Assembly (NCBI GenBank): GCA_026390035.1
Contig: JAPLGT010000035.1
Location: 3,330-67,329 of the forward strand
Length of the DNA stretch: 64,000 nt
Direction: 5' to 3'
Source: Chloroflexota bacterium
GTDB taxonomy: Bacteria > Chloroflexota > Anaerolineae > Anaerolineales > Villigracilaceae
Part shown: one piece after another, positions 46,201 to 53,602 of the stretch
Layout: the number at the start of each line of letters is the position of its first letter
How positions within the stretch are numbered: position 1 is the first letter of the stretch
Translations under genes and position numbers: made by a program
Notes under the pieces: generated by a model
What the model was told of the DNA's origin: nothing
The model's input: the letters and a program-made list of their open reading frames with translations, nothing else
Database searches by the model: none

Positions 46201-48946
46201 TGGCGCCAGCCAGGAATTGCAAGCCAGTGTCTTCATTAGCGTACGTGATGTTGTGGATGATGTTGTTATTGGCACTGGTTGCGCCATTCACCTGGATGCC
46301 GTTCGCATTGCGCTGCCAACCTTCAGCATTGGCGAACGCGATGTTGTTGCTAACCAGATTATTGTTGGAAGCACTTGTAAGTAGAATACCATGCGAGCTG
46401 TTGTGATCGGTGGTGTTCCCGCTGATGGTGGAACTGGTGGTGCTGTTGATGTAGATGCCTGCACGCGTAGAGCCAGATACAGGGCTGCCGGAATTGCTAA
46501 CCTGGTTGTTCGAGATCGTGATGTTGTTCGAGCCGGAAACGTAAATGCCATAGTCTGCGGTGCCGGTGATTGTGAAACCGTTGACCACAATGTAACTTTT
46601 GGAGGTCAGGCGGAAGGCATTACCAGTAGCCGAGCCGTTACCGGTCACGCTGACGTCTGGCGCTGCCGAATAAGTGATGGGCAGGCCGGCCTGGCCGGAA
46701 TTCACAACATTCACGGTCTCGGCGTAGATGCCTGCCAGCACCTGCACGGTGTTACCGGCGACGGCCAGACCGGCGGCTTTGCCGAGCGTACAGAACGGTG
46801 CGGCAACAGTTAAGCCCGCTCCTGAATCCGAACAGGCAGCGTTCGTCTTGTCGACGTAATAAGTGATGTTAACTGGCAGAGCACTGGTGAAAGTGACATC
46901 AGTGCCGTAAGAAGTGTTCACAGAATTCGTAGCATACGCCCTGACATGATAGAGCGTTCCGGCGGTAAGCCCAGTGATATTGCTGGTGAAGGCGCCTGTG
47001 GCGCTGACCGGTCCATCTGTGGTTTTGTTATCTACCAGGGTGGGATTGGCCAGCGTACTCCAGACAAGACCGTGATCAGTTGGATTGGGTACGCCGAGAA
47101 CGGTGATATTGCCATTCCCGGTTGCTGAGGTTTGGGTAATATTTGTAACAGCTTGGGTGGTAACAGTAGGTGCGATAGGTGTCGAGAGAGTCGTGAAGGT
47201 GACATCCTGGCCATAAGCCGTACCTGCAGAATTTGTGGCATAAGCACGAACATGGTAGAGTGTTGCCGCAGCAAGACCTGCGATATTGCTGGTAAATGCA
47301 CCTGTGGCTGCAAGATCGCCCTGTGTAGTCTTGGTAGCTAACGCAATGGTAGGATTGGCTGCGGTGTCCCAGGCAACACCATACTGGGTCGGATTAGGTA
47401 CGCCGAGATCAGCAAGGTTTCCATTTCCTGTGGCTGCCGAATCTGTAATATTGGTAACTGCCTGGGTGGTCACGGTTGGTAATGTTGATCCAGCCACAGG
47501 TTGAAATTCATACGAGCCGCGATCATCATAGCTGCGAGTGCCAGCACCCGTGTCCGTAGTGACTGGATCATCCACCCGGGCATTGCCCTCTATATCCTGG
47601 GTTGGCTCGTTGGGCGCATCGGAGTTGGCGCTGTCAATGGCTGGAGAGCCATTGTTCAGATGGTAGTCTCCGCTATTTACCGCCACATTATAAGGGGCGC
47701 CAGACGGTCTTTGAGCGACCGGGGCCGGCGCTATGAAGAGTGGATTGGCTTGCAAACCGTGCACTTCCTGACCAGACACGGCTGCCTTGAATGCCGTCAG
47801 CGTTGTATAGCTTGTGCTGCCCCAGGTGATCTGGATGGACCCGCTATTCAGATAAAAGATGTTGTAGTCGATGCTGGTGTTTGCTAACGAAAAGGCATCA
47901 AAACGCAGATTGCCTGCATTACCACTTGCCGTTCCGCCGCCAACCTGCAGACGTAACCCGTTATCGACCATGATATTGTTGGCGACCGTTGCGCCGCCTG
48001 AACCAGGGGTTGCGATCCCTTCAAAATTGATCCCTGATGTGACGTTGCCCTGCACAGTATTACCAACGACTATGTTATTCGGCGCGGTGCTGAAATCAAT
48101 GCCGTGATCGCCGTTTCCATAACTCAGGTTACCAACCACATTATTTTTATTGGCGTTGTTAAGGAATTGTATGCCAGTGTCTTCATTGGCGTACGTGCTG
48201 TTTTGGATGATGTTGTTGTTGACACTGGCAGCGCCATTCACCTGGATACCGTTCGCATTGCGCTGCCACTGTTCAGCGTTAGCAAATGCGAGGTTGTTGC
48301 TGACCAGGTTATTGTTGGCACCATTGGTCAGCAGAATACCGTGCGAGCTGTTGTGATCGATGGTGTTCCCGCTGATCGTTGAACTGGTGGAGCTGTTGAT
48401 GTAGACGCCTGCACGCGTAGAGCCAGATACAGGGCTGCCGGAATTGCTGACATGGTTGTTCGAGATCGTGATGTTGTTCGAGCCGGAGACGTAAATACCA
48501 TAGTCTGCGGTGCCAGTGATCGTGAAACCGTTGACCACGATGTAGCTTTTGGAGGTCATGCGGAAGGCGCTGCCGCCGGTTGCCAAGCCGTTACCAGACA
48601 CGCTGACGCCTGGCGCGGCGGTATAAGTGATGGGTAGGCCGGCCTGGCCGGAATTCACACCGTTGACGGTCTCGGCGTAGGTGCCTGCCAGTATCTGCAC
48701 AGTATCGCCTGCCGCTGCTAGACCGGCGGCTTTGCCAATCGTGCAGAACGGTGCATCAGGTGATATGCCAGTTCCTGAATCAGAACATGGTCCTGATGTG
48801 TTCAAGTTATCGACATAGAAGATCGAACCTGCCGCATTGGCCGACTTAAATCCCACCAGGGAAAACAGTAAGACCAAAATTAAAATAGAACTCTTAATCC
48901 GTAAATAATAATTCAGGACAATTTTAGAATTAATTTTGATCTGCAT
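40295..48946 (-). CDS. Giant secreted repeat protein: 4x right-handed parallel beta-helix (CASH/NosD-like) modules interleaved with Fn3-like domains
   Basis: 8.7-kb uninterrupted ORF. The ATG at 48946 follows AGGGAG; the ORF track starts at TTG 48982. The signal peptide ends ...LVGFKSANA. Four modules each begin (F/Y)YVD(K/N)(T/L)N..CSD...PFCT(I/L)GKAA and run through NNITISNN.VS.SG-type PbH1 turns to GDYHL..GSPAIDSAN...GNARV. Fn3-like units carry the YHVRAYATN..G..YG.DVTFTT signature. Confidence 0.9.
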   Translation of the reverse strand: MQIKINSKIVLNYYLRIKSSILILVLLFSLVGFKSANAAGSIFYVDNLNTSGPCSDSGTGISPDAPFCTIGKAAGLAAAGDTVQILAGTYAETVNGVNSGQAGLPITYTAAPGVSVSGNGLATGGSAFRMTSKSYIVVNGFTITGTADYGIYVSGSNNITISNNHVSNSGSPVSGSTRAGVYINSSTSSTISGNTIDHNSSHGILLTNGANNNLVSNNLAFANAEQWQRNANGIQVNGAASVNNNIIQNSTYANEDTGIQFLNNANKNNVVGNLSYGNGDHGIDFSTAPNNIVVGNTVQGNVTSGINFEGIATPGSGGATVANNIMVDNGLRLQVGGGTASGNAGNLRFDAFSLANTSIDYNIFYLNSGSIQITWGSTSYTTLTAFKAAVSGQEVHGLQANPLFIAPAPVAQRPSGAPYNVAVNSGDYHLNNGSPAIDSANSDAPNEPTQDIEGNARVDDPVTTDTGAGTRSYDDRGSYEFQPVAGSTLPTVTTQAVTNITDSAATGNGNLADLGVPNPTQYGVAWDTAANPTIALATKTTQGDLAATGAFTSNIAGLAAATLYHVRAYATNSAGTAYGQDVTFTTLSTPIAPTVTTQAVTNITQTSATGNGNITVLGVPNPTDHGLVWSTLANPTLVDNKTTDGPVSATGAFTSNITGLTAGTLYHVRAYATNSVNTSYGTDVTFTSALPVNITYYVDKTNAACSDSGAGLTVAAPFCTLGKAAGLAVAGNTVQVLAGIYAETVNVVNSGQAGLPITYSAAPDVSVTGNGSATGNAFRLTSKSYIVVNGFTITGTADYGIYVSGSNNITISNNQVSNSGSPVSGSTRAGIYINSTTSSTISGNTTDHNSSHGILLTSASNNNLVSNNIAFANAEGWQRNANGIQVNGATSANNNIIHNITYANEDTGLQFLAGANNNFVVGNLSYGNGDHGIDFSTAPNNIIVGNTVQGNVTSGINFEGTAAPGSGGAIVANNVLVDNGLLQQVGGGTASGNAGNLRFDAFSLANDSIDYNLYYLNSGSVQIIWGTTSYTTLAAFQSAVVGVETHGVQANPFFITPASVAQRPSGAPYNVAVNSGDYHLNNGSPAIDSANSNASNEPALDLAGNARVDEPFTTDTGAGTRSYDDRGSYEYQPVAGAQLSSVTTQAVTNITQSSATGHGTVTTLGVLNPTQHGVVWSTLANPTVQDNKTAEGPVSAIGSFTSNITGLIPGTLFHVRAYAWNSAGVAYGEDVTFTTPHAIYYVDKTNPACSDTSSGTTIVLPFCTIGKAASIAIAGDTVRVLAGTYAETVNVPKSGSVDSPITYSAVPGVTVSGNGSTSPGGAFRITSKSYIVVDGFTVTGTADYGIYVWGSTNITISNNQVSYSGSPVDTLTVRMGIYINSTTGSTISGNTSDHNSYHGILLTNGSNNNLVSNNITFANARQFLRDASGIRLDASNNNTILHNITYANEDSGVTSYYGSSGNSFIGNLAYGNGDHGLDFNAAPNNMVIGNTVQGNVTTGINFEGAVAPGSGGATVANNIMVDNGLLQQVGGGTPPSGMPGNLRFDVASAIGNALDYNIYYLTGSGTEIQWSGINYPTLAAFQDAVVGQETHGLQANPFFVAPAPIAQHPPVAPFNVTVNVGDYHLMSGSPAIDSANSNASNQPTLDIEGNARVNNPFTVDSGVGTRTYDDRGAYEFQPLAGAQLPSVTTEAVTNITQSFVTGNGTVTSLGVLTPIQHGVVWSTLANPTIQDNITMDGPVSATGAFTSNITSLTSNTLYHVRAYAWNSAGPSYGADLTFTTPHATYYVDNTNLACSDTGSGATTALPFCTIGKAASLVAAGDTVYALAGTYAETVSGTNSGSAGLPITYTAATGVTVSGNGLASGGNAFQLSGKSYIVVNGFTVTGTADYGIYVSGSNNITISNNHVSYSGQPVSGSTHGGIYINSTTNSTISGNTTDHNSSHGIYLTNGSNGNLVSNNLTFGNAQGYIRDASGIRLDGSGTTNNTILHNTSYGNEDSGVTNYTGASGNFIIGNLLYGNGDHGVDNLNSPNNTVIGNTVHGNVTAGINFEGTAAPGSGGATVMNNILVDNGLLQLVGGGTSSGQPSNLRFDATSLVGDTFDYNIFYLNSGTAEIQWNGINYVTLVAFQAAVPGQEVHGLQMTPLFIAPAPVAQRPATAPYNVAVNVGDYHLNYGSPAIDSANSNVSNEPTLDLDGNARVDDLLTVNSGVGTRTYDDRGAYEFQLGATASLPTITTQAVTAIGSTTAMGNGNITSLGSPTPTQYGVVWDTAANPTIALTTKTAQGIPAATGAFTSTITGLTSGTLYHVRAYATNALGTAYGEDVTFTTYYAVTTTTSATNTGTGTNVIGIGTVSWTNPGNIIADDTSYTTATLSNAISRYLQGTNYGFAIPANATINGIAVAIGRFESATGAGKDVQDNIVSLIKGGTLTGTNKAATSTEWPTGSPVAATYGSISDLWGTTWTPADINASNFGVALSARSSNSRTASVDYIQITVTYTILASSTVPTVTTQAVTTIGTTTATGNGNITSLGVPNPTQYGVAWDTAVNPTIALATKTAQGTRNVTGAFTSSITGLAPNTTYHVRAYATNTAGTSYGADTTFTTTGNGNITSLGVPTPTQYGVVWGTAANPTIALATKTAQGTRNVTGAFTSSITGLIPGTIYHVRAYATNTAGTAYGADVTFTVPGPPTVTTQAVTAIGTTTATGNGNITSLGVPNPTQYGVVWGTAANPTIALTTKTAQGTRNVTGAFTSSITGLTSGTLYHVRAYATNSSGTSYGSDVSFTTAIAIPTIPITISPNGSTAASPTFTWNQSTGAISYQLSVYNTRTRTYPVNNQSIAATCVGGICSYKTSVVLPSGSYSFSVAAVNSVGSSGFGSVRTWRTFSVP
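40605..41450 (-). repeat. Near-identical tandem DNA repeats (300, 243 and ~300 bp) encoding C-terminal Fn3-like units
   Basis: cctgtgatggagcttgtgaaagcgccggttacatttctcgtgccttgcgctgtcttggtcg recurs at 40692 and 40992, and with small changes at 41235. The middle unit is 57 nt shorter. Confidence 0.85.
41960..48830 (-). repeat. Four long direct repeats (approx. 1.64, 1.63, 1.63 and 1.96 kb), each a beta-helix module plus Fn3-like unit(s)
   Basis: The landmark string tcatccac(c/a)cg(g/c)gcatt(g/a)cc...ccagggttgg recurs at ~42348, 43984, 45618 and 47568. The YYVD module starts lie at ~43597, 45228, 46865 and 48830. By eye, long stretches are roughly 85-90 percent identical (e.g. 46380-46620 vs 48340-48580). 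Confidence 0.85.
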
Positions 48947-49179
48947 AATGTTGCTCCCTGGCTTTCGATATAGAAACGACAAAGATACTTCTGATAATAT
49001 TGGCTACGGTCAACCAAGATAAAATAGTAGAGTTAATAATGTTGCCTATCATGACTGCAAAGCAAAACATGCTCGAAGAAATTAGATCAATATTCGTTTC
49101 AAAATTTCAGAATAGATATTGTTTGAGAAAAAATTCAATCAACATAGAATTTGTATCTAAAGATCTCATTTCAAACGAT

Positions 49180-49217
49180 TAAAAATAGCGAAACCGAATT
49201 GTGGCCGGTTTCGCTAT
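49180..49217 (-). terminator. Rho-independent terminator on the minus strand
   Basis: ATAGCGAAACCG (49185-49196) pairs with CGGTTTCGCTAT (49206-49217). On the minus strand the stem is followed by TTTTTAAT. Confidence 0.7.
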
Positions 49218-49713
49218 TCGCTATCCAGAGAAAACGCCTCGTTCAGAAATTCAAGAAGGCGTAGCGACCAAAATATCCCTGGGTCATTGCTTCCAATTAT
49301 TACCAATATTCAGTTGTCACTGATTGCCGCTAAAGCAATCGCTCAAACCACTTTATTTTTAATGTAGCATACACTTCACTCAAAAACAAGTACAAATTAA
49401 ATTTTTCCATTTATATATTAAAAATCTAACCTGCTTTCAATGGTGCTGTACAAATCCTATTTTGTATATCACAGGTTTGTAAGGATCCGCTTTCTGTATA
49501 AAATAAAACGAATCCTTACAAAATGACATCTTTTTCACGCAGCTTGTTGTTTTTAAGAAAAACGCACTTCAATTGTTTAGTCATTGCGGAAATCCAATGG
49601 ATCAGTCCAGGAGCCAATATCGGTGTGGTGGTGGAAAACGGTAAAGTTCTTGGCAAAATAAACCGCCAGCCTGATCTTGCTTGAAAACAATTTCCGTACC
49701 ATGGCTGCTGCCA

Positions 49714-51528
49714 TTACCGAACAAAATTTAGACGAAAGGACTCGAAATTCTTGGAATGCCAGCGCTGATAACGAATACTCCGGTAATAGTAGACTAAATC
49801 GTGCGGAATTCGATAGAGCACAACGCCCATTATATTTGCGCCGGCCAGATTAAGTTGTTCCATCGAATTAATCGCAGAAGCCTTGTGAGTGCTATTGGAG
49901 TGAATAGCTAACAAGACCCCATCCACTTTGGATGCCAGCACCCACGAAGCTGCATCACTGCTCGAAGGAGCATCGATGATAATCAGATCTGCCTGCGGTT
50001 TCAATATTTCAAAGATCGGACCGATTTTGTCGGGTCTAAGCAAGCCATTCGTTACCGGAGACGCATTTCCACCAGTAATCACAGTCATCCCATTCAGGTC
50101 TTCGATTTTTTGGCCGGCAGCCAAAATCTTCGAGCTATCCGCTAAAATATCGCTAAAGCCATTTTCATTGGCCAATCCAAAATAGCTATGGACGCCAGGA
50201 TTCCGCAAATCAGCATCCAGGAGAACCACCCTGCTGCCCGATTGAGCAAAGCTGACGGCAAGATCAGCTGCCATATTTGTCTTACCTTTACCAGGCTCGG
50301 CAAGGTTAAGTAATAGCAAGGTTTTCAGTGGAGAGTGGGTAGCCGCCAATTCCAGATTTGTACGCAGCGCATAAAGCGCATCAGAAGGCTGGGAATATAA
50401 CTGCCCTTCAACGGGTAGCCCTTTTTCAGTTTTTGAGGCAGGCTTCATATTTGTAATAAAGCCAAGAACGGGGGTGCCCAGCGTCTTTTGAACATCCTGG
50501 GGGGTTTTCAAAGTATCATCCAGATATTCAATGATAAAAATCATACCAAGTGCGAAAATCAAGCCCACGATGCCTCCCAAAATAATATATATGGTTGGCT
50601 GGGGGCGAACAGGTTGTGCCACTGGTATCGCCTTTTCAATTTGATCGATAGTAGGTGTATTCCGAAAATGCGCAAGTTGAACTACTTGTAAGTTTTCTAA
50701 TAGAGAAAGATATGTTTTCTGAAAGCGATCCAGCGTTGATTGCAATTGTTGCAGGCGAAAATCGCTTCCCTGGTCATTGGAATTCAAAGCAGGTTTTCCG
50801 ACAAGATCCAGGCTAAGGCGAATTTGTTGATATTGAGAAAGCTGAGACTGTAATTGCGCCAGGTGGGCCTGTTTTTCAGCAAGCAGGCTGCTTTGTTCAG
50901 CGCTCATTCTAATCAAAGAAGCAAGTGGTCCGATCTCTGAAGTAAGTTTTACAATCCCGGCCTGCGCGATTGTAATCTGATCATTTATTTGCTTCAATTG
51001 GCTTTGAAGTTTCTCATCAGAAATCTGTATATACTGGGTTTGAAGAGCGGTAATTTGGCCTTCAAGCTGGGTAATCTTATTTTTAATATTTTCTTCGGTC
51101 GCAACATAGCCACTCGCCTGCACATTTTGATCCATCAGGACTTCGACCAACATATTTGCGATTGCCGCGACTCGTTGAGGGTCACTATCTTCCATCATTA
51201 CTTCAATCACATTTGTCGACCGCACTTGTTGGACCGAACCCAATTCTTTCAAATTAATCTCGTAGTTTAGCCGGCGTGAGGCTTCGTCGATCACACTGGA
51301 TGAGGTCAGCAATTGTACATACGCGTCGATAAGCTGCTGATTATTCATGGCAGCGAACTGCGAATTCTGGTCTAATATGTCTTTACTGATTAAAATTTTA
51401 GTGCTTGCCTGGTACGTTGGTTGTTGAAGCCGGCTGGCTAAGTAACCGCTGCCTATTCCCAAGAGCGCACATAAGACCAAAAGCCAAAACCAACGAAACA
51501 TGATCTGAAGATAATTTTTGAGTTCCAT
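49714..51528 (-). CDS. Polysaccharide co-polymerase (Wzz domain) fused to BY-kinase (CpsD/Wzc-like tyrosine autokinase)
   Basis: N-terminal TM helix plus Wzz-like region with long coiled-coil segments, then a second TM helix. The C-terminus has a P-loop (EPGKGKT), Walker A'/B (VLLDADLRNP, LIIIDAPS) and a Tyr-rich tail (DLVYYYRSIRY). Confidence 0.85.
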   Translation of the reverse strand: MELKNYLQIMFRWFWLLVLCALLGIGSGYLASRLQQPTYQASTKILISKDILDQNSQFAAMNNQQLIDAYVQLLTSSSVIDEASRRLNYEINLKELGSVQQVRSTNVIEVMMEDSDPQRVAAIANMLVEVLMDQNVQASGYVATEENIKNKITQLEGQITALQTQYIQISDEKLQSQLKQINDQITIAQAGIVKLTSEIGPLASLIRMSAEQSSLLAEKQAHLAQLQSQLSQYQQIRLSLDLVGKPALNSNDQGSDFRLQQLQSTLDRFQKTYLSLLENLQVVQLAHFRNTPTIDQIEKAIPVAQPVRPQPTIYIILGGIVGLIFALGMIFIIEYLDDTLKTPQDVQKTLGTPVLGFITNMKPASKTEKGLPVEGQLYSQPSDALYALRTNLELAATHSPLKTLLLLNLAEPGKGKTNMAADLAVSFAQSGSRVVLLDADLRNPGVHSYFGLANENGFSDILADSSKILAAGQKIEDLNGMTVITGGNASPVTNGLLRPDKIGPIFEILKPQADLIIIDAPSSSDAASWVLASKVDGVLLAIHSNSTHKASAINSMEQLNLAGANIMGVVLYRIPHDLVYYYRSIRYQRWHSKNFESFRLNFVR

Positions 51529-51848
51529 GATATCCCTTTCATCCGCTTGCAGCTACTACTGCAAACTCCATCTGATGGAGCAATCGCTTCTGTTCACGAA
51601 TTGCCCTGATTTTATGCATATGAGCTATGAATGACGAAAAAAACGCCATTGATGCTTTCGTTGAATACACCTCAATTCGATCGACCATTTTTGCCAATAA
51701 TCACAGTGGCAGAAAACTTACTTCTGGACCGGGTAAAACGGTGGCTGATCCTGATGGATTTTGTAAAAAGTTCATCTATACTCCTCTTTTTATCTTAGAA
51801 AATCAAACAAACAACACCAAAAGCGCCAAAAATCATCCAGCTCATTAT

Positions 51849-52598
51849 TTACCACAAGCTGTGTCCGTTGGCTCGAAAACGCTTAACTGCTTCTTTATCA
51901 GGCCAGGAATAATAAGAGCCATCAGCCAGATTCAGATGGGAACGTGTAATCGTTCCGTCTTTAATTTTCCCAAGAACTTCAATCAATAAGTCTGCTGCAA
52001 TTGCTTTCGAGCGTGAAATAAAATTATCGAGCGATTCGCCAGGTAAAATCTCGAAAATATGTTGGGCGCACAGTTCACCCGCATCAATCTTTTCATTGAC
52101 ATAGTAGATTGAGACACCCGCATTTTTCTCATTATTTGCGATCATCCAGAAGCTCGGTAAGACTCCTCGGTAATGAGGAAGAATCGCACCATGAATATTC
52201 AAACATCCTAATTGGGGTAGATCAATTAAGGGTTTTTTAAAGATTTGTGGACAGCTGACAGATATTAGCAAGTCAGTACCAGCCTCGCTGAGGCGCTGTC
52301 TAAATGACTCTGCGTTGACATCCGTCACTAACTCATACATTACCCCATGTTTTTTACATACAGAAGCAATGGACTGCCCGCGCGCTGTGAGCATGCCAAT
52401 TCGTGCCCCAAGGCCAAAAGAATCTGCCAGTCCGAAAGTTTTATAATAGCGTAACGCGGCTTGCAAAGCAGTTTGATTCTTATAGAGTGGTGGCACACTA
52501 TACACTGCTAGCGTCTCTTTGCCATATTTTCCCAGCACATTATCATAAAAAGCAGGCAGGTAGATAGGATCGTCGGTTGTAAGAAATGCGATTTTCAT
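51849..52598 (-). CDS. Formyltransferase (Fmt/ArnA-N/sugar N-formyltransferase-like)
   Basis: The ATG at 52598 forms an ATGA overlap with the upstream gene. MKIAFLTTDD..., CLNIHGAILPHYRGVLPSFWMI (the HxSLLPxxRG-type motif) and IDAGEL are present. Confidence 0.8.
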   Translation of the reverse strand: MKIAFLTTDDPIYLPAFYDNVLGKYGKETLAVYSVPPLYKNQTALQAALRYYKTFGLADSFGLGARIGMLTARGQSIASVCKKHGVMYELVTDVNAESFRQRLSEAGTDLLISVSCPQIFKKPLIDLPQLGCLNIHGAILPHYRGVLPSFWMIANNEKNAGVSIYYVNEKIDAGELCAQHIFEILPGESLDNFISRSKAIAADLLIEVLGKIKDGTITRSHLNLADGSYYSWPDKEAVKRFRANGHSLW

Positions 52599-53497
52599 TT
52601 TATCCTCCAAGTCTCCAATACTTGATCAAAACGTCCAAAGGGTATTCTTTCTAATAAACCGTCTATTTTCTTTCCGTATAATGGTCGTCCAAGTCCTTGC
52701 ATGAACAAAAAGGCTTTTGATACATTCATTCGGTAGTATTCATCCAAATCGTGGGCGTTAAACTCATAGGGATGGCAATATATGATTACAGGTTGCCTGG
52801 TCATCATTGAAGTAAAAAACCGTTCCAGGATAATGCCCGGGATCAGGCGAAAATAGCCTCCACCCGCCACGGGAAGCCGAATATTGCCCGATGACCAAAT
52901 TGCAACAGGAACCTCCATGATGCTTGCGCCACTCGGCAATTGAACCCAGTGGGGAACCGTGGGATACCCAGAAATACCATAACGATGCGTTCGCATTGGA
53001 AAGATTGACGAATCAACTTTGAAACCTGTTTCAACCAATACTTCCAATGCCCAAATATTTTCACGGTCTATCGTGAAGTCAGGAGCCCGGAATGCTGTTA
53101 CCTGCACACCGCAAGCATCATTAACTGTTTTTCGCGCCAGCTCCAATTCAACCTTTAACTCTTTCCGATTCATTTTATTTATAGGACGGTGGCTGTAGCC
53201 GTGGGATTGTATTTCATGGCCCTCAGCGACAAGAAGTTGTAATAAATGCGGGAAAGTTTCAGCAACCCGCCCTTGCACGAAAAATGTTGCCTTGACATTA
53301 CGGCGATCGAGGATTGCCAATATTCTTTCTGTATTTCTGACAACACGTTCTGTAATTGGTGCATCAAAATCAACACTGGATTGGTACCAATCTTCGACAT
53401 CAACAGTAAATGCACACAATGGGTATCCGCCTACTCGCTCCGCGGTCAAATCTTCTGATTGGTGAACAGTATCTTGATTGCTCTGCATGTTTTTCAT
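52595..53497 (-). CDS. Polysaccharide deacetylase (NodB-fold, EPS-locus/DUF3473-type)
   Basis: FTVDVEDWYQ, KATFFVQG, GHEIQSHGYSHRP and LPVAGGGYFRL are present. Confidence 0.85.
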   Translation of the reverse strand: MKNMQSNQDTVHQSEDLTAERVGGYPLCAFTVDVEDWYQSSVDFDAPITERVVRNTERILAILDRRNVKATFFVQGRVAETFPHLLQLLVAEGHEIQSHGYSHRPINKMNRKELKVELELARKTVNDACGVQVTAFRAPDFTIDRENIWALEVLVETGFKVDSSIFPMRTHRYGISGYPTVPHWVQLPSGASIMEVPVAIWSSGNIRLPVAGGGYFRLIPGIILERFFTSMMTRQPVIIYCHPYEFNAHDLDEYYRMNVSKAFLFMQGLGRPLYGKKIDGLLERIPFGRFDQVLETWRIK

Positions 53498-53602
53498 ATC
53501 TCGTGACTTTCTCTAAACTATTATTAAGGGTAAATGACCAAAGTATCAATGTGAAGCATGCCATAAATTGGGTAACGATGTTAATTGTGCCTGACTAAAA
53601 AT

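Noticed and set aside
40451-48637. About 25 plus-strand ORFs of 60-250 aa lying antisense to or overlapping the giant gene (e.g. 40736..41494, 45491..45937, 46391..46813).
   Set aside because: They mirror the internal repeats of an uninterrupted 8.7-kb minus-strand ORF with coherent domain structure. Their translations are low-complexity (Arg/Gly/Cys-rich) and repeat with the same period, as expected for antisense frames of repetitive GC-biased coding DNA.
40295-48982. Possibility that the periodic repeats between 40 and 49 kb are a CRISPR array or non-coding satellite.
   Set aside because: The repeat units are 0.24-2 kb, lack short conserved repeats alternating with unique spacers, and lie entirely within one long ORF.
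49000-49182. 60-aa plus-strand ORF ending exactly at the hairpin at 49185.
   Set aside because: It lies in the AT-rich promoter region of the giant gene. The hairpin has its T-run on the minus strand, not the plus strand, and no RBS is present.
49571-49702. 43-aa minus-strand ORF 12 nt after the BY-kinase stop (contains FHHHTD); considered as a remnant of a CpsB/PHP phosphatase.
   Set aside because: It is too short, and the match to the PHP DxHxH motif is not convincing. It is mentioned only inside the related finding.
51627-51989. 120-aa plus-strand ORF overlapping the 3' end of the formyltransferase gene.
   Set aside because: It is antisense overlap with a well-supported gene. No motifs are present.
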